64,000 nt of DNA, from positions 512,001 to 576,000 of the forward strand of contig CAWJSJ010000002.1 of assembly GCA_963845565.1 (NCBI GenBank). The letters are read 5' to 3'. Under the pieces are notes generated by a model, which searched no databases, had not been told where the DNA came from, and saw only the letters and a program-made list of their open reading frames with translations. Positions 1 through 9,948 of the stretch are shown here, in pieces. This DNA is from an uncultured Methylomirabilota bacterium (GTDB taxonomy: Bacteria > Methylomirabilota > Methylomirabilia > Methylomirabilales > 2-02-FULL-66-22). A program made the position numbers and the translations under genes. How positions within the stretch are numbered: position 1 is the first letter of the stretch; every line of letters begins with the position of its first letter.

Positions 1-381
1 GTACCACAGCACTGCCGTGCGGATGTCTACGATGGTGGGATAGGTGTCGAGCAGGTGCTGCTTCACCACGTCCAGCGTGGCGCCCGAGTCCACCAGGTCG
101 TCCACCAGGAGCACCCGGTCGCCGAGCGTGGGCGTAGTCATCGTCATGTGCTTGGCCACCGTGAGCCTCCCACGCTCCTTGCCGGCCTCGCCCCCATACG
201 ACTGGGTGGAGATGACGGCCAGCGGCAGCTTGAAGATGCGCGACAGCGTGTCGCCGACGCGCAGGCCGCCGCGGGCGATGCAGACGATCTGGTTGAACGG
301 CCAGCCCGACTGATGGACGGCGATTGCGAGGCGCTCGATCGCGTTGTGGTAGTCGGGCCAGGTGACGTAGAGGTCGGCCAT
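1..381 (-). CDS. Purine phosphoribosyltransferase family protein (3' end outside window)
   Basis: Manual translation MADLYVTWPDYHNAIERLA...CIARGGLRVG...VLLVDDLVDSGATL (PRPP-binding motif); not in ORF track because it runs off the window. Confidence 0.85.
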   Translation of the reverse strand, partial: MADLYVTWPDYHNAIERLAIAVHQSGWPFNQIVCIARGGLRVGDTLSRIFKLPLAVISTQSYGGEAGKERGRLTVAKHMTMTTPTLGDRVLLVDDLVDSGATLDVVKQHLLDTYPTIVDIRTAVLWY

Positions 382-516
382 GGCTGTCCATTCCTTGTCC
401 GGGGACGATCCGTGGGGGTCCGGGATAGGGGGAAGGTATGCCATGCAGAGCGCCCACGTGTCAACCGGCGGAACCGGTCTGGAGCCGGGATGTGAGCCGG
501 ACCGAACGACAGGCGG

Positions 517-1974
517 CTAGCCCGCGATCCCGGCCGCGGAGGCCCGGGCGAACTCCAGGATGGGGCCCGGGAAGATGCCGAGGAGCAGTGTTCCAGCCGC
601 GGCGAGCAGCAGGGCGACCCGCAGCGTGGAGGAGGTGCTCAGGGCCAGGCCCTGCGGCGGCAGATCCCGCATGTACATCGCCACGACCACCCGCATGTAA
701 AAGAAGAGGGAGATGGCGGAGTTGACGACGGCGATCAGGACCAACCAGATGTATCCCGCCTCGACCGCGGCGGCGAACAGGTAGAACTTGCCCACGAAAC
801 CCGCCGTCGGCGGGATGCCCGTCAGCGAAAGCAGGAACAGCAACATGACGGCGGCGGACAGGGGGCTCTTCTGCGCCAGACCGGTGAAGTCGTCGATCTG
901 ATCCCCGCGCACCGTCCCGCGCTGGAGCAGGATGACCATCCCGAAGGCGCCGATGGTCATCAGGGCGTACGTGAGGCTATAGAACAGGACCGCCGCGACG
1001 CCGAGCTGACTCCCCACCACCGGGCCGATCAGCAGGTACCCCATGTGGGCGATGGTGCTGTAGGCCAGCATGCGTTTCAGGTTGGCCTGGGCGATGGCCA
1101 CCAGATTCCCGATGGTCATGGTGAGCACCGCCAGGACCCAGAAGAGCAGGCTCCAGTCCACCTGCAGGGTGGGCATCGCCAGGAGGAAGACCCGCAGGAT
1201 GACGGCCATCCCCGCCAACTCTGCCGCGCCGGCCATGTAGGCCACCACCGGCGTGGGGGCGCCCTCGTACATGTCGGGCAGGTACATGTGGAAGGGAACG
1301 GCCGCGATCTTGAACCCGAACCCTGCCGCCAGAAGCACCATGGCCATGAGCAGCGCCGGGTTGCGGGGGCCGGCCATCGCCGCGGCCCTGGCAATCGTGT
1401 CCAGGCCGGTGCCACCCGCAAAGCCGTAGAGCAGGACCATGCCGTAGAGGAGGACGCCCGTCGAGAACGCGCCCATCAGGAGGTACTTGAGCGCCCCCTC
1501 GTTGCACCGCTGGTCTCTCTTGAGGAAGCCGCAGAGCGCGTACGTGCTGATGGACAGCGTCTCGAGCCCGACGAAGAGCGAGAGGAGGTCATACGCCGAG
1601 GCCATCAGCATGGCCCCCAGCGTGGCAAACAGCAGCAGGGCGTAGAACTCCCCTTCGGGGACCTGCTGGTCCTGCAGAAAGCGGACGGACAGCAGGATGA
1701 CGATCGCCGCGCTCACCAGGAAGACCAGCTTGAAGAAGGTCGCGTACATGTCGACCACGTGAAGCCCGCTGAAGACCACGGCCCGGGGTCCCGGGGCCTG
1801 TCGCAGCGCCAGCGCCGCGGCCACGGCGACCCCCACCAGGCTCACGCCTCCCAGCCAGCCCCGCTTCCCCGCCGGCACGGCGAAGTCCAGCGTCAAAACC
1901 AGGAGCCCCGCCACCGCGATGGCGACCTCGGGAAGAAGCTGGAGGAGGTCGGCGGGATTGAAGACCTGGGTCAT
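517..1974 (-). CDS. nuoN: NADH-quinone oxidoreductase subunit N
   Basis: FKIAAVPFHMYLPDMYEGAPTP, KRMLAYSTIAHMGY; last gene of nuo operon. Confidence 0.95.
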   Translation of the reverse strand: MTQVFNPADLLQLLPEVAIAVAGLLVLTLDFAVPAGKRGWLGGVSLVGVAVAAALALRQAPGPRAVVFSGLHVVDMYATFFKLVFLVSAAIVILLSVRFLQDQQVPEGEFYALLLFATLGAMLMASAYDLLSLFVGLETLSISTYALCGFLKRDQRCNEGALKYLLMGAFSTGVLLYGMVLLYGFAGGTGLDTIARAAAMAGPRNPALLMAMVLLAAGFGFKIAAVPFHMYLPDMYEGAPTPVVAYMAGAAELAGMAVILRVFLLAMPTLQVDWSLLFWVLAVLTMTIGNLVAIAQANLKRMLAYSTIAHMGYLLIGPVVGSQLGVAAVLFYSLTYALMTIGAFGMVILLQRGTVRGDQIDDFTGLAQKSPLSAAVMLLFLLSLTGIPPTAGFVGKFYLFAAAVEAGYIWLVLIAVVNSAISLFFYMRVVVAMYMRDLPPQGLALSTSSTLRVALLLAAAGTLLLGIFPGPILEFARASAAGIAG

Positions 1975-3681
1975 CGCCCGCCCTCACGGTCGTGCCATGC
2001 GGCAATGGGGCGATTCGGCAATTCGGCGATTAGGGTTCCGGAGCTGCCGAGTTGCCCAGTTGCCTGATTGCCCAGTCGCCCAGTGGCCGGATTGCCCACT
2101 TGCCCGGCCGCCGCCTTCTTCCCCTGCACCGCCTTGCCGGCCGCCCCCTTCTCCACCGTCTGGATCACGTTGGCAATCGAGACCTCCATCGCCCGGAGGA
2201 AGGGCGCCGGGTACAGGCCGATCCAGAAGCAGAGCGCGATGATGGGGACCAGCGTTGCGATCTCGCGGGCGTCGAGGTCCTTCAGTGTCTTGTTCTCCTC
2301 TTTGGTGATCTCGCCGAACATGGTGCGCTGATACAGCCACAGCATGTAGGCCGCCCCCAGCACGATGCCGGTCACCGCGAAGGCGCCCCACCACCAGCCG
2401 ACCTGGAACGCGCCGATGAGAATCAGGAACTCGCCGATGAAGCCGTTCAGCCCCGGCAGGCCCATGGAGGAGAACATGATGATGGCAAAGAGCGTGGCGT
2501 AGATGGGCATCTGCTTGGACAGGCCCCCGAGCTCCGCGATCTGGCGGGTGTGCCGCCGGTCGTAGATCAGACCCACGATCAGGAACAGCCCGCCGGTGGA
2601 GAGCCCGTGGTTGATCATCTGCAGGAGGCTTCCCTGGACGCCCTGGGCGTTGAAGGCAAACATCCCCAGCATGATGAAGCCCATGTGGCTCACCGAGCTG
2701 TAGGCGATCAGCCGCTTCATGTCGGGCTGGACCATGCACACCATCGCCCCGTAGATGATGGCGATGATGGACAAGACGAAGATCATCGGCACGAAGTGCT
2801 GGCTGGCCTCGGGGAACATGGGCAGGTTGAATCGCAGGAAGCCGTACGTCCCCATCTTCAGGAGGACGCCGGCCAGGATCACGGAGCCGGCCGTCGGGGC
2901 GTCGGTGTGGGCGTCCGGGAGCCAGGTGTGGAACGGGAACATCGGGACCTTGATGGCGAATGACAGGGCGAAGGAGAGCCAGACCAGGTCCTGGAAGCCC
3001 AGCGACACGCCCAGGAAGTCGAACACCGAACCGTTCGGATAGGCCACGCGCATCAGCGCCAGCACGTCGAAGGTGTACGTCCCGGTCTGCGCGCCGGCGT
3101 AGAAGTAGATCGCCAGGATCCCCAGCAGCATGACCACGCTGCCGAAGAGGGTATACAGGAAGAACTTGATGGCCGAGTACAGGCGGCGGTCGCTGCCCCA
3201 GACCCCGATCAGGAAGTACATGGGGACCAGCATGACCTCCCAGAACACGTAGAACAGGAAGAAGTCCAGCGCCAGGAACACGCCCAGCATCCCGGTCTCG
3301 AGGACCAGCATGAAGACGTAGTATTCCTTTGGCCCGGTGCTTGATGGACTCGAAGGAGCAGAGGATGGCGAGAGGGCTCAGGAACGTGGTCAGCATCACC
3401 AGCCACAGGCTGATCCCGTCCAGGCCGACGAAGTACGTCACGCCGAGGCTCGGGATCCAGCCGGCCCGCTCGACGAACTGCATCGCGGGGGTGGTCTGAT
3501 CGTACAGAAAGGGAACCGGCAGGGAGACGGCGAACGTGGCCACCGAGACGAGGAGCGCCAGGTTGCGCAGACTCCGGATCTGCTCCCGCCCCACCATGAG
3601 CAACAGGATCGCCCCCACCAGCGGCAGGAAGGTGATGAGGGACAGGATCGGAAAGCCGAGAACGTTCCCCTGCACGGTCAT
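1971..3681 (-). CDS. nuoM: NADH-quinone oxidoreductase subunit M, split by a +1 frameshift near 3328
   Basis: N-terminus in ORF 1984..3681 (…GLDGISLWLV…SIKHRAK), continuation EYYVFMLVLETG…FAIKVPMFPFHTWLPDAH in ORF 1971..3311; extra A in GCC AAAG GAA. Confidence 0.9.
1998..2106. repeat. Octamer-period tandem/inverted repeat (GGCAATTC/TTGCCCAG type) inside nuoM 3' end
   Basis: ggcgattc ggcaattc ggcgatt … ttgcccag ttgcctga ttgcccag tcgcccag. Confidence 0.75.
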
Positions 3682-3715
3682 AAGGCCGCTCCTTGCGCGG
3701 TGCTCGCGGCTCCGG

Positions 3716-5707
3716 CTAGAAGAAGAAGTACAAGGACACGATGACGAAAATCCCCATGGCCATGGCCAGGAGATAGTTTTGAAGCACGCCGGTCTGAATG
3801 CGACGGAAGGCCTGGCTTCCGCCTTGGATCAGGTCGGCGATGGCGTTGACCAGCCCATCCACGCCGCGGAAATCGAACTTCGCCGAGAGATGGCTCAGCG
3901 CCACGGTGAGCCAGCCCGTCCCGTTCACGGCCCCGTCCACCGCCTTGGCATCCACGGTCCACAGCCGGCCGCACAGTCGCTTCCCAAAATCCACGAAGAC
4001 GGCGTCATACAACTCGTCGATCTTGTATTTGTTGAGGAGGATGGCGTAGAGGCCCGAGAACCGGTCCGCCATCCGGGCGGGCGATGGATTGTCGCCCGTC
4101 TTGTACCAGGAGCGCGCCAGGCCCCAAATCGCCACGGCGGCGATGAGGGTGGCGACCGCCGCGAGCCCGACCGTGGTGCCGAGACTGATGGCGTGCACCT
4201 TGGTCCCGGCCGCCGCGAAGACCGGCTCCACGAAGCGGTGATACAGCCCGTGGTCGGGCGGGAAGCCGAAGACGGCCCCAACCAGCACGCTCCCGATGCC
4301 CAGGATCAGGAGGGGGTACGCCATCGCCGGTGGCGATTCATGGACGTGGTGGGCGACATGGTGGTCTACGTTGTCTTTCCCCTCGAACACGGTGTAGTAG
4401 AGGCGGAACATGTAAAATGCCGTCATGAAGGCGCCGGCCGACCCGAGCACCCATAGCAGGTAATGGTGGCCTGCGAACGCGGCGGCCAGAATTTCGTCCT
4501 TCGACCAGAAGCCGGCCAGCGGGATGATTCCGGCGTTGGCTAGGGAGGCCCAGTAGAAGGTCCGGCTCGTAATGGGGAGCTTGTTCTTGAGCTGACCCAT
4601 TTTTCGGATGTCCTGCTCCCCGCCGAGGGCGTGAATCACCGACCCCGATCCAAGAAAGAGCAGCGCCTTGAAGAACGCGTGCGTTGCCAGGTGGAAAATG
4701 GCGCTGGCGTAGGCCCCAACGCCGCACCCGAGGAACATGTACCCGAGCTGGGAGATGGTCGAGTAGGCCACCACCCGTTTGATATCGTTTTGGACCAGGG
4801 CGATGCTCGCCGCGAATACCGCGGTCACGGCCCCGATCACGGCCACCGTGGTCATGCTGAAGGGGGCCAAGTTGAAGAGGGCGCTGGAGCGGGCCACCAT
4901 GTACACGCCTGCCGTCACCATGGTGGCGGCGTGGATCAGGGCGGAGACCGGCGTGGGGCCTTCCATGGCGTCCGGCAGCCAGACGTAGAGGGGAAGCTGG
5001 GCGGACTTGCCGGCGGCCCCGATGAAGAGCAGAAGCGTCATCCAGGTCACCAGCGACAACCCGAAAACCGAGTCCCGCTCCAGGATCTCGCGGATCGCCT
5101 CGGCCTGGGGGAAGATCTCGGCGTACGCGACCGACCCGAAGGTCCGCCAGATCAGGAACAGGCCCAGCAGGAATCCGGCGTCCCCGATCCGGTTGACCAC
5201 GAACGCCTTCTTGCCCGCATCCGCCGCCGATTTCTTCTGGTACCAGAAGCCGATGAGCAGATACGAGCACAGGCCCACGCCTTCCCAGCCCAGGAACATC
5301 AGCAGGTAGTTGTTCGCCAGGACCAGAACCAGCATGGACGTCATGAACAGGTTCATGTAGGTGAAGAAGCGGGCATAGCCGGGGTCGCCGTGCATGTAGC
5401 CGATGGAATAGATGTGGATCAGGAGCCCCACGAAGGTGACGACGAGCATCATCACGGCCGACAGGGGATCCACCAGGAAGCCCACCGTCGCCTGGAACTC
5501 CCCGACCGGGATCCAGACATACACATCCCAGTTGAGCGTCGCTCCGCCGGCGGCCTGGAGGAAGATCCCGAAGGCGATCAGGAACGAGAGCCCCGTGGTG
5601 CCCACGCCCAGGAGGTGGGCGCGGTCCCGAGTCCACCGCCCGAAGATCCCATTGACCGCCACCCCCAAGAGGGGCAATGTTGGCACCAGCCAGACCAGAG
5701 ATAACAT
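3716..5707 (-). CDS. nuoL: NADH-quinone oxidoreductase subunit L
   Basis: GKSAQLPLYVWLPDAMEGPTPVSALIHAATMV; 663 aa. Confidence 0.96.
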   Translation of the reverse strand: MLSLVWLVPTLPLLGVAVNGIFGRWTRDRAHLLGVGTTGLSFLIAFGIFLQAAGGATLNWDVYVWIPVGEFQATVGFLVDPLSAVMMLVVTFVGLLIHIYSIGYMHGDPGYARFFTYMNLFMTSMLVLVLANNYLLMFLGWEGVGLCSYLLIGFWYQKKSAADAGKKAFVVNRIGDAGFLLGLFLIWRTFGSVAYAEIFPQAEAIREILERDSVFGLSLVTWMTLLLFIGAAGKSAQLPLYVWLPDAMEGPTPVSALIHAATMVTAGVYMVARSSALFNLAPFSMTTVAVIGAVTAVFAASIALVQNDIKRVVAYSTISQLGYMFLGCGVGAYASAIFHLATHAFFKALLFLGSGSVIHALGGEQDIRKMGQLKNKLPITSRTFYWASLANAGIIPLAGFWSKDEILAAAFAGHHYLLWVLGSAGAFMTAFYMFRLYYTVFEGKDNVDHHVAHHVHESPPAMAYPLLILGIGSVLVGAVFGFPPDHGLYHRFVEPVFAAAGTKVHAISLGTTVGLAAVATLIAAVAIWGLARSWYKTGDNPSPARMADRFSGLYAILLNKYKIDELYDAVFVDFGKRLCGRLWTVDAKAVDGAVNGTGWLTVALSHLSAKFDFRGVDGLVNAIADLIQGGSQAFRRIQTGVLQNYLLAMAMGIFVIVSLYFFF

Positions 5708-5709
5708 AG

Positions 5710-5793
5710 CTCTCAGCTTTCAGCGCTCAGCCGTCAGCATCGCGGCTCACGGCTCGTGGCTCGCCGGCTCCGCGGCTCTAGGCTCTCGACTCT
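5710..5793. repeat. Heptamer-period degenerate tandem repeats in nuoK-nuoL spacer
   Basis: ctcagct ttcagcg ctcagcc gtcagca … ggctcac ggctcgt ggctcgc … ggctcta ggctctc gactct. Confidence 0.65.
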
Positions 5794-5797
5794 TCAT

Positions 5798-6106
5798 CTA
5801 CCACTTCATCAGGTTGATCTCGTCCACGTTGACCGTCTTGAAGTTGCGATATAGGCCCAGAACGATGGCCAGCCCCACTGCCGCCTCGGCCGCCGCGATG
5901 GTGATGATGAAGATCGCGAACACCTGGCCCTGCAACAGCGTCTGGGGGAGATACCGGGCGAAGGCGATGAAGTTCAGGCTCACGGCATTCAGCATGAGCT
6001 CGATGGACATCAGGATGGCGATGGCGTTCCGCCGGGTCAGCGCCCCGAAGACCCCCAGACTGAAGAGGATCGCCCCCAAGATCAAAAAATGGTTGAGCGG
6101 GATCAT
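5798..6106 (-). CDS. nuoK: NADH-quinone oxidoreductase subunit K
   Basis: [28 protein letters not shown]. Confidence 0.96.
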   Translation of the reverse strand: MIPLNHFLILGAILFSLGVFGALTRRNAIAILMSIELMLNAVSLNFIAFARYLPQTLLQGQVFAIFIITIAAAEAAVGLAIVLGLYRNFKTVNVDEINLMKW

Positions 6107-6187
6107 GGCGCCCTCACGGATCCGCGCGGCTCGGCCTTCTCGGCTTCCCTGTCGCGCTCCTGTCCCTTGCCCTGTCGCGTCGCCCCA

Positions 6188-6679
6188 TCACTCTTTCCTC
6201 GCCAGAACGATCGCCCCCACCATGGCTGCCAGGAGGAGGATCGAGACCACCTCGAACGGCAGGGCGTAGGTGGTGAGCAGGGCGCGGCCCAGAAACGGCG
6301 TCGTTTCGGGGAGCCGCGGCGGCCCCGAAAGTGCCCCGATGCCCTGCGTGGCGGCGTAGATCAGGCCGACGAGCAGCCCGGCGGCCGCGACGGCGCTCAG
6401 GACCGCCTGGTCGTTGATCACCCGGGCCGTCGCGGACGAGATCCGACTGGTCAGCATGATGGCGAACAGGAGCAGGATCGTGATCCCGCCGACATAGATC
6501 AGCACCTGCACCGCCGCCAGGAATTCGGCGTCCAGCAGGACATAGAGCGCCGCCATCCCACAAAACGTGAAGATCAGCGCCACCGCCGCCCGGACGATGT
6601 TCTTGCCGAGCACCACCACGGCCGCCGCCCAGACGGTGAAGGCCGCCAGCAGGTAGAAGATGCCAAGCTTGAGTGTCAT
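6188..6679 (-). CDS. nuoJ: NADH-quinone oxidoreductase subunit J
   Basis: AEFLAAVQVLIYVGGITILLLFAIML, YALPFEVVSILLL. Confidence 0.95.
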   Translation of the reverse strand: MTLKLGIFYLLAAFTVWAAAVVVLGKNIVRAAVALIFTFCGMAALYVLLDAEFLAAVQVLIYVGGITILLLFAIMLTSRISSATARVINDQAVLSAVAAAGLLVGLIYAATQGIGALSGPPRLPETTPFLGRALLTTYALPFEVVSILLLAAMVGAIVLARKE

Positions 6680-6712
6680 CGCCGCCCCAGCCCTCTCATC
6701 GGCCTGCGCGCC

Positions 6713-6817
6713 TTAGGAGCCGTTACGAAATAACCTATACATCTCCTTCTATTTCGTTACGGCTCCTTATGCCGTTTCGGAATGTCTCCGCTCAACTAAT
6801 TCTTTGACAACGGCTTA
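6713..6817. mobile_element. MITE-like composite element, copy 1 (between nuoH and nuoJ)
   Basis: Inverted repeat TTAGGAGCCGTTACGAAATA…TATTTCGTTACGGCTCCTTA followed by ~46-bp module GCCG…TTTGACAACGGC; TTA at each junction. Confidence 0.7.
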
Positions 6818-7915
6818 CTTCCAGAGCGCCAAGACCAGTCCCGTGACGATCAGGTTGGCGAACGCAATCGGGAGCAGGACTTTCCACGCGAAATCCATGA
6901 GCTGATCGACGCGCATCCGGTTGAGCGTCCAGCGCAGCCACATCATGACGAAGATCAGGAAGTAACACTTGACCTGGAACCAGACCAGCCCGAAGAGGCC
7001 GCGGGCGACCTCCGCGGGGAGCCCCGGTATCGGCAGCCACGGACCGCGCCAGCCGCCCAGGAAGATGGTGGTGGCGATGGCGGCCACGGCGAACATATTG
7101 GCGTACTCGGCAAGGAAAAAGATCGCAAACCGCATCCCGCTGTACTCGACGTGAAAGCCGGCCACCAGCTCCGACTCGGCCTCGGGGATGTCGAAGGGCA
7201 GCCGGTTACATTCGGCCAGCGCGCAGGTGAAGTAGACCAGGAACGCCACGACCTGGGGAAAGACGAACCAGCGCGGCAGGAAGCCGAACCAGGTCCCGCC
7301 CTGCGCTTCCACCAGTTGCCCCATGCTCATGGTGCCGGCCAGCATCACCGGCCCCAGCAGCGAGAGCACCAGGGGCACCTCGTAACTCACCGCCTGGGCG
7401 GCGGAGCGCATGGCGCCCAGCGTCGCGTATTTGTTGTTGGAGGACCAGCCCGCCATGATGATGCCGACGACCGTGAGCGACGAGATGGCCACCATATACA
7501 GGAGGCCGATGTTCAAGTCTTTGACGATCAGGCCGGGGGCCCAGGGGATCGTGACATACCCGGCCAGCGCAGCCGCGAAGACGACCATGGGGGCCAGCAC
7601 AAAGACCACCTTGTCCGCCCGCGCGGGGATGATGTCCTCCTTCAAGAGGAGCTTGATCCCGTCGGCGATGCTCTGCGCCCATCCGTGCCACCCCCCCACC
7701 CGCATGGGGCCGAAGCGCACCTGGATGTGTGCGCTGATCTTCCGCTCCCACCAGATCATGAACATGGAGGCGACGGAGATGTAGGCGATGATGACCCCCA
7801 CCACCACACCCATCACCACCAGCGTGGGGACGAGCCAGGGGAGCCCCCAGGCCGAGGTCACGGCGTACATCTGCTCGCAGAGTTCGGCAAACGTGATCAT
7901 CGCGATTTCTGCCAA
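6815..7915 (-). CDS. nuoH: NADH-quinone oxidoreductase subunit H
   Basis: WWERKISAHIQVRFGP, AECNRLPFDIPEAESELVAGFHVEYSG; start may be ATG 7900. Confidence 0.96.
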   Translation of the reverse strand: MAEIAMITFAELCEQMYAVTSAWGLPWLVPTLVVMGVVVGVIIAYISVASMFMIWWERKISAHIQVRFGPMRVGGWHGWAQSIADGIKLLLKEDIIPARADKVVFVLAPMVVFAAALAGYVTIPWAPGLIVKDLNIGLLYMVAISSLTVVGIIMAGWSSNNKYATLGAMRSAAQAVSYEVPLVLSLLGPVMLAGTMSMGQLVEAQGGTWFGFLPRWFVFPQVVAFLVYFTCALAECNRLPFDIPEAESELVAGFHVEYSGMRFAIFFLAEYANMFAVAAIATTIFLGGWRGPWLPIPGLPAEVARGLFGLVWFQVKCYFLIFVMMWLRWTLNRMRVDQLMDFAWKVLLPIAFANLIVTGLVLALWK

Positions 7916-7945
7916 TCCTGCGCCGGCCGGGGGGCGCCGCCCCGA

Positions 7946-9100
7946 TTACCGATCGATCTCGCCCAGCACGATGTCGATGCTGCCCAGGATCGCCACCGAA
8001 TCCGCCACCAGGCACCCCTTCATCATCACGGGCAGCGCGCTCAGGTTGCAGAAGGCCGGGGAGCGCACCTTGTACCGGTACGGCTTGGGTGTTCCATCGC
8101 TCACGAGGTAGAAGCCCAGCTCGCCCCGCGGGCTCTCCGTCCGAACGTACACCTGTCCCGCCGGCGGCTTGATCGTCTTGGGCATCTTGGCGGTGATCTC
8201 GCCCGAGGGAAGCTGGTCCAGCGCCTGCTCGATGATCTTGACGCTCTCCAGCATCTCCTGGCGGCGGACCAAGAATCGAGCCCAGACGTCACAGGTGTCG
8301 AAGACCGGGATGGCGAAGTCGAACCGGTCGTAGATCGAGTAGGGGTCGTTCCGGCGCAGGTCCCACTTGAGACCCGACGCCCGCAGCATCGGCCCCGACA
8401 GCCCCCAGTCGACGGCGCTCTTGGCGTCGATGACCCCGATACCCTGGATGCGCTTCTGGAACAGGATGTTGTCGGTGACCAGCGCATCGTACTCGGGAAT
8501 GCGCGGCTTGAACCACTCCAGGAAAGCCCGACAGTTGTCCAGCCATCCGTCCGGAAAGTCGAACGCCATGCCGCCGATGCGGTAGAAGCTGTAGTTCAGC
8601 CGCTGCCCGCTCACCGCCTCGAAGAGATCCAGGATCATCTCCCGCTCGCGGAAGCAGTAGATGAAGATGGTGAAGTTCCCCAGGTCCAGGCCGAACGTCC
8701 CCAGCCACAGGAGGTGGCTGGCGATGCGCTGCAGCTCGGCCAGGATCACCCGCATGTGCTCCGCCCGTGCCGGGACCTGCTGGCCCATGAGCCGCTCGAC
8801 GGTCAGGACGTAGCCGAAGTTCATGGACATGGAGGCCAGGTAGTCAAGCCGGTCGGTGTAGGGGACGACCTGGGGGTAGGTGCGGTTTTCCGCGATCTTC
8901 TCGTGGCAGCGATGCAGGTACCCGACGTATGGGATGCAGTCGGTGATCACCTCGCCGTCCAGCTTCAGCAAGAGGCGCAGCACGCCGTGGGTGGACGGGT
9001 GCTGGGGCCCCATGTTGACGTACATCTCCTCCATCGTCTCCCCGGTGTGCTCCATCATCACCGTGGTGCCGATGGGGGTCGGGAGGTTCGTGGTGTCCAT
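7946..9100 (-). CDS. nuoD: NADH-quinone oxidoreductase subunit D
   Basis: NMGPQHPSTHGVLRL, ends IDIVLGEIDR; no NiFe CxxC motifs; start uncertain (9100 or 9148). Confidence 0.95.
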   Translation of the reverse strand: MDTTNLPTPIGTTVMMEHTGETMEEMYVNMGPQHPSTHGVLRLLLKLDGEVITDCIPYVGYLHRCHEKIAENRTYPQVVPYTDRLDYLASMSMNFGYVLTVERLMGQQVPARAEHMRVILAELQRIASHLLWLGTFGLDLGNFTIFIYCFREREMILDLFEAVSGQRLNYSFYRIGGMAFDFPDGWLDNCRAFLEWFKPRIPEYDALVTDNILFQKRIQGIGVIDAKSAVDWGLSGPMLRASGLKWDLRRNDPYSIYDRFDFAIPVFDTCDVWARFLVRRQEMLESVKIIEQALDQLPSGEITAKMPKTIKPPAGQVYVRTESPRGELGFYLVSDGTPKPYRYKVRSPAFCNLSALPVMMKGCLVADSVAILGSIDIVLGEIDR

Positions 9101-9161
9101 CAGGATGTCGCTTTCCGCCCCGCGAACCCGCCGCCGGGGCGCGCCCATCGCGTCTCGATCG

Positions 9162-9224
9162 CGTTACGGCTCCTTATGCCGTTCCCGGAATTTCTCCGGT
9201 CACGTTATTCTTTGACAGCGGCTT
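9162..9224. mobile_element. MITE-like element, partial copy 2, supplying the nuoC C-terminus and stop
   Basis: CGTTACGGCTCCTTATGCCGTTCCCGGAATTTCTCCG…TTCTTTGACAGCGGCTT matches copies 1 and 3. Confidence 0.7.
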
Positions 9225-9752
9225 GGGGGGTTCGGCTTTGGCCGCCTTGGGCGCACCCTTGGCCGCTTCCGTCTTGGCGACCTTCTCCTCCATCCCGTAG
9301 TCGGTGTACGGGACCAGCCGCTCGTCCGTGTAATCCTTCCGCAGCGGGTAGCCGACCCAGTCCTCGGGGAGCAGGATGCGCCGGTGGTCGGGATGCCCGT
9401 CGAACTGGACGCCGAACAGGTCGAAACATTCCCGCTCGTGCCAGTCCGCCGCTCGCCAGAGGTCCGACACGCTCCGCACCACGGGATGGTCCCGGTCGAC
9501 CCTCACGCGCAGATGCGCCTTGTGCGGATGGCGCAGCGACGAGAGGTTGTACACGACTTCCAGGTGCGTCGTCCAGTCCGCGCCGCTGAGGCAGTTGAGG
9601 TACTCGAAGCCGAGGTCGCGGAGGAACTCGCACACCGGCCGGCCGCTTTCAGCCGCGGTCGTGAGGCGCACCTCGGCGCCCTTGACCTCGGTCTCGCTGA
9701 GGGCGTCACCGAACTTTTGCTTGAGTTGTTCGAGAATCTCGTCCGGTGTCAT
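9174..9752 (-). CDS. nuoC: NADH-quinone oxidoreductase subunit C
   Basis: ADWHERECFDLFGVQFDGHPDHRRILLPEDWVGYPLRKDY. Confidence 0.95.
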   Translation of the reverse strand: MTPDEILEQLKQKFGDALSETEVKGAEVRLTTAAESGRPVCEFLRDLGFEYLNCLSGADWTTHLEVVYNLSSLRHPHKAHLRVRVDRDHPVVRSVSDLWRAADWHERECFDLFGVQFDGHPDHRRILLPEDWVGYPLRKDYTDERLVPYTDYGMEEKVAKTEAAKGAPKAAKAEPPKPLSKNNVTGEIPGTA

Positions 9753-9762
9753 GTCTCACGCA

Positions 9763-9841
9763 CGGCAATTGGGCGATTTGGCAACGTGGCAATCAGGAAA
9801 GCCGTCCCCCGATTGCCAAGTTGCCCGGTCGCCGAGTCGCC
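9763..9841. repeat. Octamer-period inverted tandem repeat upstream of nuoC
   Basis: ggcaattg ggcgattt ggcaacgt ggcaatca … gattgcca agttgccc ggtcgccg agtcgcc. Confidence 0.75.
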
Positions 9842-9843
9842 TC

Positions 9844-9948
9844 TTAGGAGCCGTTACGAAATAATTCGGCCATTGTTGTAATTTCGTTACGGCTCCTTAT
9901 GCCGCTCCCGGAATTTCTCCGATCAAGTTATTTTTTGACAGCGGCTTA
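9844..9948. mobile_element. MITE-like composite element, copy 3 (between nuoA and nuoC)
   Basis: TTAGGAGCCGTTACGAAAT…ATTTCGTTACGGCTCCTTA + GCCGCT…AGCGGC module ending at nuoA stop. Confidence 0.7.

Noticed and set aside
3320..3335. Programmed ribosomal frameshift in nuoM
   Set aside because: No canonical slippery heptamer; similar indels occur across the window, so error is more likely.
7946..9148. NuoD as a group 4 [NiFe]-hydrogenase large subunit
   Set aside because: No CxxC nickel-binding motifs; has the complex I HPSTHG and GEIDR signatures.
7151..9589. Long plus-strand ORFs (812 aa here, 964 aa at 58848-61742, and similar)
   Set aside because: Antisense shadows of real genes caused by high-GC codon bias; no recognisable motifs.
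6713..9948. Repeated palindromes as a CRISPR array or integron attC sites
   Set aside because: Dispersed, not regularly spaced; no cas or integron integrase gene; flanking genes are core nuo subunits.
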